Positions 37,953-51,909 of a DNA stretch of 64,000 bases are shown here, one piece after another. Position numbers and translations under genes: made by a program. The stretch spans positions 37,634,001 to 37,698,000 of the forward strand of contig OX597834.1 in the NCBI GenBank assembly GCA_951406725.2, given 5' to 3'. The stretch comes from Octopus vulgaris. Its lineage: Eukaryota. The stretch's first letter is position 1; every line of letters begins with the position of its first letter. The notes beneath the pieces are model-generated. The model had not been told where the DNA came from, searched no databases, and was given only the letters and a program-made list of their open reading frames with translations.

Positions 37953-38726
37953 CCTTTTGCGGTGGAGAGAGTGTGAGATGCGTGCGAATTTTTGCGAATT
38001 GCTAACGGTAATAAATCGGTGCACAATGCTGAGATTTAAGAATCCCTTATTCATCTACCGTTACTGGATCTGAAACGCTTATGCTAAAGAGAGGAGGGGA
38101 AACTACGAAGCAGCGGCATGCAAAAAAGGTTTTGATCATTCTTGCATGAACAAGTTAATTAAATCGGAACATTTAAAGGAAAGGAAAAGAAAAACAGAAA
38201 ATTTTAATGCAAAACCAAAACTAAAACAAAATCTATGAAAAACGATGTAAAATTGATTGCAGGAAAAAGTATTTATATCGTCAGTACTATAACAAAATGA
38301 AAGCAATTAAAAATAGCAAGAATTTGTACACTTAGAACTGCGTTGGGGGATTAAAAGCTGTGAAAGATAGGTGGGGAAACAAGAGCTGATCAACTGCGGG
38401 GGCCTGTCTTATAGGAATTATTCACAGAAAACATTTTAAATGAAGGAAGAAGCGTGTGGTGAGTCGTGGAAGAAGTGCGGAGATAGCAATGGCGGAATCG
38501 TTGCTATTGATTCAGTTTTAAAAAGTCTGAGCAAATATTAACATCGGTGACGAGCGGAGAATACAGTGCATTGGCACAAAAATGACACGGTGGGATTTTT
38601 CCAGTCCGACTTGTAAGGGCAATCCCTTGCTTTCTTATCGATGAATGCAGTGAACTAGCGATTGTCTTATTAGAAACCTGTAACCAATGCCATCTCAGAA
38701 ATACGCGCAGGTCTATTTGAAACTGT

Positions 38727-38897
38727 AGTCGCCATGATAGATCGTTAGCCACTACACACATTTTTTTCTCTCCTTGTTTCTTTCTGTAGAAGAGCGTAGG
38801 CTCGAAACGTAAAAGACTTTTTCTATTCCTGAGCGTTATACTAATACATCTGTTTGTTTTGTACACCACCTGCCTTCGTCTTTTGGTTTTTTTTCGT
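38727..38897 (+). mobile_element. PLE-like element family B, with hammerhead-like motif at 38779-38816
   Basis: TCTTT-CTGTAGA-A-GAGC-GTAG-GCTC-GAAA-CG-TA-AAAGA. Confidence 0.75.
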
Positions 38898-39040
38898 GTT
38901 GTGCAACCCTTTATCCACTCAGAAGAAACTTATGCACAGGATCTTCTTGGACTCTTGAAATATCTGCGTAAGAAGCCGTCTTACTCCACCACAAACAGAC
39001 ATTAAATAAATATATATATATATATATATATAATATATAT

Positions 39041-39237
39041 AAGTTAATCCAAACAAGAAAGCACAAAAAAACCCCACAACAACGCGAGAACGTGGAACAA
39101 ATATAGTATTATTGGACGCTCAGGAAAGAAGGAAAGATGGAGGGTTTAACGTTTCGAGCGGAGCTCTTCGTCGGAAACATAGGAGAAGGAAAGATCCAGA
39201 GAAGGGAAGACAGAGGAAAAAAATCGCCAACGGTATA
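39041..39237 (-). mobile_element. TA-flanked PLE-like element family A, with hammerhead motif at 39144-39178
   Basis: GTTT-CCGACGA-A-GAGC-TCC-GCTC-GAAA-CG-TT-AAAC on minus strand; terminal stub repeated at 6679-6716. Confidence 0.75.
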
Positions 39238-39255
39238 CGAAAGGATATATATATA

Positions 39256-39470
39256 GGGGGAGAGTTTACGAAAAAACAAAAGACGAAGACAGGTGGTGTA
39301 CAAAACAAACAGATGTATTAGTATAACGCTCAGGAATAGAAAAAGTCTTTTACGTTTCGAGCCTACGCTCTTCTACAGAAAGGGACACAGAAAAAAACAA
39401 GGAAGAAACAAGGAGAGAAAAAAAAAGAAGTGAAAAAATGAGTGTAGTGGCTACCAATCTATCATGGAGA

Positions 39471-39472
<2 letters not shown>
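39256..39472 (-). mobile_element. PLE-like element family B (inverted copy), hammerhead-like motif at 39347-39382
   Basis: Near-identical reverse complement of 38727-38897; TA tracts on both sides. Confidence 0.75.
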
Positions 39473-39516
<44 letters not shown>

Positions 39517-39856
39517 CATTTTGTATTTCTTGGAAACGATATCTAAATGTCGATTTAAATTATGTCATCGGAATTCAGTTTTTTTTGTGCATTGGCAAAC
39601 GTATGTGTATGTACATGTATATTATACAGGCACACACACGCACACACACACTTTTCAACCAGACATCCGAAGACCCACGCCACCACCACCACCACCATAA
39701 ACACACACTCATACAAACTACACTTATCTATCAACGTCTCTATCAATACATTATTCAATAATAGGATAATACAAAATGCGGTAATGACACTACACACAGA
39801 TATAACTCTATTGAGCGAGGAAGACAGATAAATAGATAAATAGACGGCAATAACAA

Positions 39857-39917
<61 letters not shown>

Positions 39918-40156
39918 TAGATGTCTATTAAAAGAAAGGGCGGGAGCAACGAATGCATTGGTATTTGTATGAAAAGATAGAGAACGATGCGAGTGGAATG
40001 GAGATAAGATATTAAGGGAAATGGTACTTGACTTAACGTCGAGATAGAAGAAGGTAATATTTGCGGACAGAGATAAGCGGAGGTTGCGACACACGTGTAT
40101 CCGTATGTAGTAACCTTATACACAAATATTTATACACAGCATACGCATATATACAT

Positions 40157-40215
<59 letters not shown>

Positions 40216-40329
40216 CATACATACATATATGCATATACATATATAAATGCATTTATATATATAAGCACGAATACATATACATGCTCATGTCCACGCAGAC
40301 ATATGTATATATAATTTACCCATCGCACC

Positions 40330-40395
<66 letters not shown>

Positions 40396-40473
40396 GGCTG
40401 CGATGGGTAAATTGTATGTATATATATGTATATATGTATACAATTTACACTCAGGCATATACACACTCATAAG

Positions 40474-40519
<46 letters not shown>

Positions 40520-40926
40520 TATATACTAAATACACGTATATACATGCAAACACACACACACACATATATACATAATCATATACACACGTATGTACCTGTA
40601 TGTAAATAAATCTTAGCCGCTACTCGCAAGCGAGTAAAACCCGGTCGCTTGTACCATTCTGTGGCCAAGTCTTTTGGATGCTTGTGTTGTCACGACCTGG
40701 CATAAGAACCCTCTCTGTCCTTCTACTTTTGACCCAGCATAAGAACATCGAGCGAAGGTGTAGGAGCTGCTCCACCGTCCAATGGTAGCCATTTTCACCT
40801 GATTAGATAAGAGTTATGGGAAATGAAGCGCTTTGTTGAAAGACACTATGTACCGTCTGTTTTAGGAATCGAACCCGTGACACTATGACTGGTAGCACAA
40901 CACCATAGCCATTAAGCTACACATAT

Positions 40927-41470
40927 ACGAGAATGGGCTGAAAAGTTGATTGGCCTGACTATGAATAAGTGATGCTAGAGCTGTGAATTCTTGCATGCAT
41001 TCATTTCAACGCTTTTTATTAATAATTACCTGGGGTTTTTTTCCCCAGGTAAATTGACATCTGCTTGTTCAAAGAAGGCTTCAGAATTAATGAGTAGCGA
41101 CTTCTTTTTAAAATGGACCCAAACTGGCTTCGTGATGTTATCAAGTACTTGCAATTAAAGGGTTTAACTCCCCACCCCCCAAGGACATTCATGCTAACAT
41201 GTTTGTTGCCACGGGGGGGATGCTGCTGCAGTTTTATGAACAGTGCAAAAGCGGGCAGCTGCAGATAGGGGGCGTAGGGAGGAGGTGGGGGGGGGCAATC
41301 TTGAATCGGAGCCAAGGTCTGAACGTTCTGCAACAACCACCAACGAGAAAAAAACACTGATCTTGTTCACGACATGGTGATGGATGACAGCGATTGAAAA
41401 TAAATCAAATTGCCAATCCTATTAGAATATCCCGTGAGAGAGTCGAGAAGATTCTGCGCAATGAACACTT
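40927..41470 (+). mobile_element. mariner transposon 5' part (TIR and decayed transposase N-terminus)
   Basis: TA-CGAGAATGGGCTGAAAAGTT start; MDPNWLRDVIKYLQLKGLTP..DIHANM. Confidence 0.75.
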
Positions 41471-42994
41471 CAGCCGACCCCCATACACACGCATATATCT
41501 ATTATATCCACCCCCATACACATATATACATACGCACACAGATATATTCATATAGAAGAGATGATTGCTCGCACTAAATTCCTTTATCTGTCAGAAAAAA
41601 AAGCAGAACTCAATAGAATTGTAGATTGTAGTTAATTGCGGCGAAATTGGAAGATTCAGAGCTTTGCAGTAACTATCAGTTGCATCCTCAGTAAGAATCT
41701 TCAGAGTGGGAAATTTAAAGAAATGCAAGGGGGACTCGTAACAGATGGTGTTGGCTGAGGAGGGTACAGGGGTTCTGCAGTGTGATGGGGGTTTTGGTGG
41801 ATGGCTCGTATATATCGAATGGTTTATGTGTAACCAGCGCTGGATTAACCATCAAACAAAATAAGCACGTACTTTGAGCATCAAAGGGGGAACCACAAAA
41901 ATGGTAAATGGTTTACGGCACAAATCACACACGCACACATATACACACACAGAGATATATATACACACGCACACACGTACACACACACATATATATATAT
42001 ATACACACGCACACATATATATATACACACACACACGTACACACATATATATACACACGCACACCTATATATACACACACCACACATACATATGCACACA
42101 CATATATACACATACGCGCACGCACACAGAGATATAACCCCACATATATACATACGTGCACACGACGGGCTTCTTTCACATTCCGTCTACCAAATCCACT
42201 CACAAGGCATTTGTCGGTCCTTGGCTATCACAGAAGTCTTTTACCCAATGTGCCACCCAGTGGGGGGCGGCTGAGTCCGAAACCACTTATGGGGGGGGGG
42301 GGGAGTAAGCTTCTTACCATGCACCGATAACTTATATATACACGTGAATGTGCTATTTTTTTTTCTTTTAAATTGTTCGAATTTTCTTCTAAAGAAGAGA
42401 CACGTTTCTAAGAAACACATCTTCCATGAAATTTAGGTAACATCAACAACAACAACAACAACAACAACAGCAATAGTGAAGACCTATAGTTAGGACATCA
42501 AAAATTTTATCTCGCATACTTTTATTGTTCCTCTTACACACAACGTTGACTGTATTTGCTAAGCGCTTGTTAACAGCTCATTTTATTTGCCTGAAAACCT
42601 TAGATTTTCGAGATTAACACTTCAACACACATATACATATATATATATATATATACTACCATAGTCAAGAGCACCAGAAATTATCGATATGAATACGAAT
42701 GTATAATCAGGAGAGATAAGCTATTGGTTTCGAAGCAGTTGTCCGTTAACAATCTCTTCTTCTGCATTGATTTTTAGAGAAGCTGTTCTCATCTGCCGGG
42801 CAACAAATCTCTGTAGCTTTACACGATATTTCTCTTCTGTTTCGTGTTTGTTTCTTTGCAAAGCCTTTTCCTTTTGCAGGATTTAAACCGGTTACTAACA
42901 AAGTAGCAAGGATCTTTCTATTTAAGTAAAGATGGCTCTTGGAGCAGGGTGGGTGAGGGTTGTTTGTGGGGAATTGCTTAAGGTTTTACGTGTC

Positions 42995-43369
42995 TTTTAT
43001 CTTTTAACTTGTTTCAGTCATTTGACTGCGGCCATGCTGCGGCACCGCCTTGAAAAAATTTTTAGTCGCATGAATCGACCCCAGTACTTATTCTATCGGT
43101 TCTCTTTCGCCGAACTGCTAAGTTACAGGGACATAAACACAGCAACACCGGTTATCAAGCGGCAGGGAAACAGAAACAAAACACACACACATTATATATA
43201 TATACACGACGAGCTTCTTTCAGTTTCCGTCCACCATATCCACTCCTAAGGTTTTGGTCGGCCCAAGGCTATAAAGTAAAAGACAGGTCCAAGGTGCCAC
43301 GCAGTCGGATTGAACCCAGAACCATGTGGTTGAGAAGGAAGCTTCTTACCACACAGCCAAGCCTGTACC

Positions 43370-43401
<32 letters not shown>

Positions 43402-43550
43402 GCGCTGGCGTGGCTGTGTGGTAAGAAGCTTGCTTTCCAACCACATGGTTCTGGGTTCAATCCGACTGCGTGGTACCTTGGGCAAGTGTCTTCTACCGTA
43501 TCCTCGGGCTTAGAAGTGGATTTGGTCGACGGAAACTGAAAGAAGCCAGT
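42995..43550. mobile_element. Two family-2 SINEs head-to-head (42995-43365 -, 43401-43550 +)
   Basis: Heads separated only by a TA tract. Confidence 0.85.
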
Positions 43551-43619
43551 CATGTGTGTGTGTATGTGTGTGTAATTCATATTACTAGGTTTTCGTGTAT
43601 CGTTATTGAATATTCATAA

Positions 43620-43950
43620 GGCGGCGAGCTGGCAGAAACGTTTGCACGCCAGGCGAAATGCCTAGCCGCATTTCGTCTGCCGTTACGTTCTGCGTTCAAA
43701 TTCCGCCGAGGTCGACTTTGCCTTTCATCCTTTCGGGGTCGATTAAATAAGTACCAGTTACGCACTGGGGTCGATGTAATCGACTTAATCCGTGTGACTG
43801 TCGTTACTTTCTGAGTTCAAATTCCGCCGACGTCGACTTTGCCTTTCATCCTTTCAGGGTCGATAAATTAAGTACCAGTTGAACACTGGGGTCGATGCAA
43901 TCGACATATTCACTCCTCCAAAATGTCTACCCTTGTGGCAAAATTTGAAA
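43620..43950 (+). mobile_element. SINE family 1 dimer
   Basis: Two cores in tandem. Confidence 0.88.
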
Positions 43951-44694
43951 CCATTGTTAAATCTTCATGTTTACCTTCGAACAAACGTTCCATACGTACA
44001 TTAACTTTTTAATACATTATCAACCTCATTTTCTGAATAAAGTAGTGCGAGCGGTTTTTTTATTGCCGAGGTTGCAACAAATAAAAACATCTTCGTCGGA
44101 TATAAAAGCTTCAACAGCCAAAACCAATTTACTTTAAGCAACCAGAGACCATCCTTAGATTTTTACGAAACTACTGGATGTATGTGTTGACTTTCGTTTT
44201 CATATTTATGGCGGAGGTATGGCCGTGTGGTAAAAAAATTTGCTTCTCAAGCACATGGTTCCAGGTTCTGTCCCACAGCGTGGCATCTTGAGAAAGTGTT
44301 TTCTATTATAGCCTCGGAGCGACCAAATCCTTGTGAGTGAATTTTGTAGAAGATGAAAACAGAAAGAAGCCCCTCGTATATGTGTGGGTGTTTTTGTACG
44401 TGTATGTATGTGTGTATGTACGAAATTTTCTCAGTGAATAGGTCGCGGTTTCAAAGCGATGAAAATATTTGACACAAATTGAATTTAAATGCTGAAGTTT
44501 AAAGGTTTCTTTCTGTGTGTGTGCTTTTTAAATGGCTTATAAACACCTTCCAATATATATATATAATCTATGTAATATGCATCCGTATTAAATTCTTCTG
44601 TGTGTAAGAGTCCTCAACCGATGTTAGGCGATAACTTTCTTCTATTTACATAATATTGAGGTCTCTTTCTTTCTTTTATTATCTTACCGTTTTA

Positions 44695-44753
<59 letters not shown>

Positions 44754-44810
44754 GCATGCATATATATATACAGAGAGAGAAAGAGAGAGAGGGGGAGACA
44801 GAGGGAGAGA

Positions 44811-44861
<51 letters not shown>

Positions 44862-45060
44862 TGTGTGTGTTTGAAGTGGTGTACACATATTGTATATTGA
44901 GAAAAAGGACGCAGTCAGAACAAACATAGGGTAAACCTTAATTAGCGCTTTCGCTCGTTTACGAACTCATCATTTGGTTTTTGTCACGGCGACTTCGTGA
45001 ACGAATGAAAGCAGTAACAAAAGACTATCCAAAATTCTGACTGCCTCCTTTTCCTCAATA

Positions 45061-45073
45061 TCTATACGTGCAT

Positions 45074-45104
<31 letters not shown>

Positions 45105-45606
45105 AAACTGTAGTTGTGTGAGTGTCTATCTCCTACGATTTAGATTCCTAACTCCTCCCACATTTTGCGGTGCAGTTTAACCAAATTCGGGTATCTTATA
45201 GTCGTGATTCATATCGAGCCCGTCTGGGTATTAGCGCGCGTCTTCGATGAGTCTACGATTTTTAAAATAATTTAACATCATTTTTTATTCCATTTTAATG
45301 CATAATTTTTCGTGTGTCGATGGCGGCGGAGTTGGCGTCCATGGTCACACCTGCACCTGTTTGCTTCTCCCCCTTCTTCCCTCCCTCGTGAAGCTGTGTG
45401 GGAAGGGAGTGTAAGGAAATCAACGTCGTAAAGCGTTGTCAAGGAGACCAGCGTTCTTTTAGAACAACAACTTCATGGCTTGAAGACACCAAAATTACCA
45501 TAATTTTTTATTCCATTTTTAATGCATTTTTTTGCTATAACTCACTAAAAATGCTTATATAGTTATTTCCCTTACAAACCCGAGCAACGCCGGGCGATAC
45601 TGCTAG
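45061..45606 (+). mobile_element. Non-autonomous Helitron
   Basis: A|TC start; 3' hairpin CCCGAGCAACGCCGGG followed by CTAG|T; the 5' boundary is tentative. Confidence 0.75.
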
Positions 45607-46091
45607 TATATATATATTCCTATGTCTATATTCTATCTTCGTACAGTTATCTAACCCGTTCGCTTACCAGCTGTTCTATTCTTAACAACCCTGTTCTCTG
45701 TTCCTCCATTATACCCTATTATAACATCTACCAGGCTACTCTGTTCGTTTTCTCCTCTCTACACCACTCTTCTATATTCCATTAAGTCATTATCTGACAC
45801 ACACTACCACCACCAATCTACAATATATTTATCTATGTACAATATTTATATTGTCTTACTCTCCCTCCTTTTCATAGTACATATCCATTCATCACGTTAT
45901 CCAGCTTTTCTCTCTTCCGCAATTCTAATTCTCACCGTCATTCCATCATTCTGTCATTCTCTCATTCATTCATTCAATCATTCATTCACACTTTATTTTT
46001 CTCCCATTCAATTCACGTGTTTTTATCTCACTGACAGCCCAGTCTACCTACAACATTACATGTACGATATCTCTCGCTCTCTCTACACAAC

Positions 46092-46127
<36 letters not shown>

Positions 46128-46677
46128 CACGAACACACTCGTGTATATAATCTATTGTGATATAGCCATGAAGGCCATTTCAAACACACACCATATTTAT
46201 TATGGTGTCCGTCGTTTAGTAATGTCTTCATAGCTTCATAGTAATGCATACAGACGTTACGAGCAATTGAGGATCTTTCGCTATCAGCATGTAACATCCT
46301 TCTGCTAATGGTTTTTCTGATGGCCATGTAATAGCGAATAGACACAGACATCATCTCGGCTCCCCTCCTGTTATCTCTGGCCCACTGGAATAACCAGAAT
46401 ATATTTATCAGCTAGAATGAGAGAGATGGATTCGCAAACACACTGAGCTCGTACTTTATTTATCGACCGTCGTGACGTGTCAAAATGATGTTCGTTGTAG
46501 ATCTGTGAGTTGGTCACTGGTGTAATTTTATTTTATTGTATCTGTTGATCAATCACTGGTCACTTCGTAGAGGTTATGTTGGTGACCTGTATCAGTTATT
46601 GGTCAGTTATTATAGGACGTGACGATGTGCGTGTGTGTGTGTGTGAGAGAGAGAGAGAGAAAGAAAGAGAGAGGGGA

Positions 46678-46710
<33 letters not shown>

Positions 46711-46713
46711 GAA

Positions 46714-46825
<112 letters not shown>

Positions 46826-47543
46826 TGTGTGTATATTCTTTTTCTTGAGTCAGTCACTTGGCTACAGCCATGCTGGAGCACGGCTTTCTAAAACATTGAA
46901 AATTCTAGCAGAAAATCGAAGCATTTCCAGAATGTCATTTAGCATTTACTCTCAACAAATACACCAATCATTATTTATAACAACGTGAATTTATATTCTA
47001 GGTATAAAACTTTTATTTACTTTTATTAGGGGCCAAATATTTTGCATGTAAATGTTCCCATCCAGTTTCAATTATTTCACTAGTTGCTCTAAGGAAGGAT
47101 CTTGTTTCTCACGAAGATACAAAATTCCATCGTTGGAATGTCGATAACAAAAACAAATTCTCATTTAGAACCTGGTGAAAGACTTGCATATCTTTAATGT
47201 TCCGCTTACAAATTGTAATGTGAGTATTAGTTGAACCATTTCTTTTTCTGAAAATCGCAGCATTTCCAGATTGTCATTTAGCATTTACTCTCAACAAATA
47301 CACCAATTATTATTGGTATCAATGTGAATGTATATTCTAGGTATAAAACTGGGGCCTTCAAAGGAGTTACAGTATTCAGGGATTTTTTTTTTTAAACTAA
47401 CAAATATCGCAGTGCTGCTAGCGTTGTTATTAATGCTGTTATCAGTATAAGCCATGATCGGATTAACGGAATTCTTGGCGTGTAAGATATATTTTATAAT
47501 CCGGTCTGAATAACACTACGTTGGTAATAAAAGCTGTTCTCTA

Positions 47544-48019
47544 AGGCGACGAGCTGGCAGAATCGTTAGCACGCCGGGCGAAATGCTTAGCGGTATTTCG
47601 TCTGCCGCTACGTTCTGAGTTCAAATTCCGCCGAGGTCGACTTTGCCTTTCATCCTTTCGGGGTCATTAAATAAGTACCAGTTACGCACTGGGATCGATA
47701 TAATCGACTTAATCTGTTTGTCTGTCCTTGTTTGTCCTCTCTGTGTTTAGATTACAGCGACCCCAATGCGTAACTGGTACTTATTTAATCGATCCCGAAA
47801 GGATAAAAGGCAAATACAACCTCTGCGGAATTTGAACTCACAACGTAACGGCAGACGAAATACCTATTTCTTTACTACCCACAAGGGGCTAAACACAGAG
47901 AGGACAAACAAGGACAGACAAACGGATTAAGTCGATTATATCGATCACAGTGCGTAACTGGTACTTATTTAATCGACCCCGAAAGGATAAAAGGTAAAGT
48001 CGACCTCTGCGGAATTTGA
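47544..48019. mobile_element. SINE family 1: + copy (47544-47750) abutting inverted tandem copies (47752-48019)
   Basis: Direct inspection. Confidence 0.88.
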
Positions 48020-48247
48020 AAACTGCAAAGGGATTGGCGAGCTTGCACATACTTTACAAATACAATCTGTAAGCTGTACAATAAATATATGCCACAATTT
48101 TTTTTTCAGTTTCAATATGTAACACTTGTAATATTTTCGAAAATCCGAGAGTTTCAGCGATGGTTCATTGTTTCTTTAAAGCTCATCTCTTCACTTATAG
48201 GAAAGAGTTTAAATAATTGAAGAAAGAGACATGAATATATAGTTATA

Positions 48248-48316
<69 letters not shown>

Positions 48317-48318
<2 letters not shown>

Positions 48319-48700
48319 CGCAGGAGTGGCTGTGTGGTAAGTAGCTTGTTTACCAACCACATGGTTCCGGGTTCAGTCCCACAGCGTGGCACCTTGGGCA
48401 AGTGTCTTCTACTATAGCCTCGGGCCGACCAAAGCCTTGTGAGTGGATTTGGTAGACGGAAACTGAAAGAAGCCCATCGTATATATGTATATATATATAT
48501 ATGCGTGTGTGTGTTTGTGTGTCTGTGTTTCTCCCCCTAGCATGTTTCTCCACCTAGCTGGTGTGTTCATGTCCCCGTTACTTAGCGCTTTCGCTAAGAA
48601 TAAGTACTGGGCTTACAAAAGAGGTCGAGTTGCTCAATTAAAGGCGGTGCTCCAGCATGGCCGCAGTCAACTGACTGAAACAAGTAAAAGAGTAAAAGAG
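48317..48700 (+). mobile_element. CORE-type SINE, family 2
   Basis: Head to AAAAGAGT tail. Confidence 0.9.
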
Positions 48701-49076
48701 TATATATATATATTGTGTGTGTGTGTGTAGTATTCGTTGCAATGGAAGACAGTTACCTCATGACATTTTCGAGTCGCTGCTGATCTCTTGTGCAATATCT
48801 AACACAGGAATGTGACATAGAAGACATTTCCTGTCTTTTCGGTCGCATTGTTGGGTTTCAGATCTTCACTGTCTTTTATTTGTTAGATATTTCGTAATTA
48901 TTGGATTGCAAGAACATAACCTTCGAAATGTGACAGGATTTACCGAAAAGCCGAAGATTTGAAGAGAAGAGAGTTCTTATGCTACCTGTCAATGTTAGCA
49001 TCTTCCTCAAGTTTACGAGAAGCGTACCTTTTTGGGGGTGTGCAGAATGTTTTCTGTCAAGGTAGTTATTGAGATG

Positions 49077-49380
49077 TGGAGGCACATGGCCTAGTGGTTA
49101 GAGCAGCGGACTCGCGGTCGAGGGATCGCGGGTTCGAATCTCAGACGGGGCGATGTGTATGTTTATGAGTGAAACACCTAAGCTCTACGCGGCTCCGGCA
49201 GAAGATAATGGCGAACTTCTGTTGACTCTTTCGCCACAACATTCTCTCACTCATTCCTCCTGCATCTTGCAGCCCACCTGCGACGGACCGGCGTCTCGTC
49301 CAGGTGGGGAACCTATACGCCAAGGAAACCGGGAAACTGGCCCTAATGAGCCAGGCACGGCTTGAGAAGGAACAAACAAG
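49077..49380 (+). mobile_element. SINE with family-3 head and alternative tail
   Basis: TGGCCTAGTGGTTAGAGC A-box, GGTTCGAATC B-box. Confidence 0.8.
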
Positions 49381-49715
49381 TTATTGAGGTATGCAAGTCA
49401 AGGAATGGCAGATCATCAAAAATGAAAACGTCTGTGGAGTTCGCATTCGACCTTTGAGATATTCGCTTCACTTTTGTGCACTTAGTTGACGAATTTATTT
49501 TTTTCTGTCGGTGTTTAGCAGTTGTCTGCATAATACCATACATCACATAAAGGCAGTCTTATCTTAAACCTTTTCTTCCCCGTCTTCTTCTGAGGTTGAG
49601 TCCATCAATAGTTCTGGTTCTTTTAGCCAAATTCCATCCTTGTATCACTTTAAAATAATTACCAAATCTAGTTGATCTTTCGCATTTTAGATATTTCCAC
49701 CATAACTCTTTAGCT

Positions 49716-50027
49716 CCGTGGTTCTCAACCATTTTGGCTTGGGTACCTCTTCGTATTTTACTCGGGTAGACCCCCATAGCAATTCGATATTTTAAAAAAA
49801 TCCTTGGATTTTAAATATTAAAATCAAATATTAATATTAATATTAAACATATTAAAATTAAATATTAATATTAATATTAAACATATATTAATAAGAATTG
49901 TATTTAAAAAATTGTTAAAATATTTTGTGTTTTGTAGAAGTATAACCAGGTTATTGCACATGAATTTTAACAACAAAATCTTGTATTGACCCCCAAGGGT
50001 CATACGGGCCGCGGTTGAAAACCACTG
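49716..50027. mobile_element. hAT-like MITE
   Basis: TIRs CCGTGGTTCTCAAC / GTTGAAAACCACTG; 8-bp TSD CTTTAGCT/CTTTAGAT. Confidence 0.85.
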
Positions 50028-50535
50028 CTTTAGATCGCTTAGAAAGAAATTATGGGTTACATCGGTATCTCGTGCTGTTGTAAACCTAACACACAACCAA
50101 TGAATATTTGGAAGGGAAATTACAATGAATTTAGTACCAAAATAAACAGACAGATTGCCTTCATGAAATATTCCTTTTGAAATATTTATAAGATCTAAGA
50201 CAATCGATCCGCTTTCAGCATTAACTGTGAGGATTGTTGACCAGGTCTTTGTGCAACACTCAGAAGCAGCCGCTAAGGCAATAAGTACTTCCGTCAGCTG
50301 CATTAACTTCAGCAACTATAAATGGGAATACGATCGAATAGTTTTCTGTAATCAAGCCATACTGTTCTTCGGTTTCTGCAGCACAGTTTTAATCATCAAA
50401 AGCTTTTCGGCACTTTGCCACACCCCATTCTTTTATATCTGCTCGCTGGTCAGTTACTGTGTTGCCGGAAACGCAATAGCTTTGGAGGAATTCATTAAGG
50501 CCGCTTGTGCAGAGTTTATTCACAAGGGGTTTACA

Positions 50536-50925
50536 GGCGCAGGCGTGGCTGTGTCGTAAGAAGCTTAAATACCAACCACAGGATTTCGAGTTCAGTTCCA
50601 CTGCGTGGCACCTTGGGAAAGTGTCTTCTGTTATCGTCTCGGTCCGACCAAAGCCTTGTGAGTGGATTCGGTAGACGGAAACTGAAAGAAGCCCGTCGTA
50701 TATATGTGTGCGTATCTTTTTGTCTGTGTTTGCAACCTCTTGACAACCGATGTTGGTGTGTTTACGTCCTCTAAACTTAGCGGTTCGGCAAAACGGACCG
50801 ATAAAATAAGTACTATGATGAAAAATAAAAAGTCCGGGGGTCGATTTCTTCGATTAAAACCCTTCAAAGCAGTACCCCAGCGTGGCCACAGTCAACTGAC
50901 TGAAACAAGCTAAAGAATAAAAGAT
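50536..50925 (+). mobile_element. CORE-type SINE, family 2
   Basis: Full length. Confidence 0.88.
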
Positions 50926-51069
50926 AACTGCTATGTAAGGAATTGCACAACCGTTTTTCTACGAAATTAGTGTTTTCATTCTTGGCTCCAAGACTTGTCC
51001 GTACCTTGGCAAGCTAATTCGGTATATCAATCTATCCCTCTTTGATTCTTTGAAATATAAATATATATA

Positions 51070-51481
51070 GGCGTAGGAGTGGCTGTGTGGTAAGTAGCTT
51101 GCTTACGAACCTCATGGTTCCTGGTTCAGTCCCACTGCATGGCACCTTGAGCAAGTGTTTTCTACTATAGCCTCGGGCAGACCAAAGTCTAGTGAGTAGA
51201 TTTGGTAGACGGAAACTGAAAGAAACCCGTCGTATATATGCATATATATATATATATACACACACATGTATATATGTGTGTGTGTATGTTTGTCTGTCTG
51301 TGTCTGTCCCCCTAACATCGCTGGTGTGTTTACGTCCCCGTAACCTAGCAGTTCGGCAAAAGAGGCCGATAGAATAAGTACTAGGCTTACAAAGAATGAG
51401 TCCTGGGGTCGATTTGCTCGACTGAAGGCAGTGCTCCAGCATGGCCACAGTAAAATGACTGAAAGAAGTAAACGAGTAAAA

Positions 51482-51483
<2 letters not shown>
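51070..51483 (+). mobile_element. CORE-type SINE, family 2
   Basis: Full length, TA-flanked. Confidence 0.9.
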
Positions 51484-51525
<42 letters not shown>

Positions 51526-51909
51526 CAGTCTGTAGAAATGGCAGCATCTTGCACCAATACCCAACTCTTAGATCCCTTCTTCATACCTTGCAATCGTGCT
51601 ATTTTCCCGTAGCTTTGATGAATGTTTCAAGATTGATTATAGAATTTTTATTGTTGCTGGTACAATATCCTTTCTTGATAAGATACAGACATGAAGCTTT
51701 CTAATTAAAATCTTTCTTTTCACTGCAAAACATAGACCGAAATGATTTCAGATTTTCTGGAGAAACAAGAGAAATGGCTCTTTCTACGAATATATTGCTT
51801 TTCTCCACCATCGTCGATAATGGAGTTCTTCCGCTCGAAACTTATAAACATACAAGAAATATATGTACACACGATTGTATATGTACATACAAATGTATAT
51901 CTTTATATA

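Larger units (their letters stand above)
49400..51840 (-). mobile_element. Old RTE-like LINE fragmented by SINE and MITE insertions
   Basis: Remnants TIDGLNLRRRRGRK (C-terminus), FIVISLP (RT start) and endonuclease-like remnants near 50940-51030 and 51525-51620. Confidence 0.45.
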
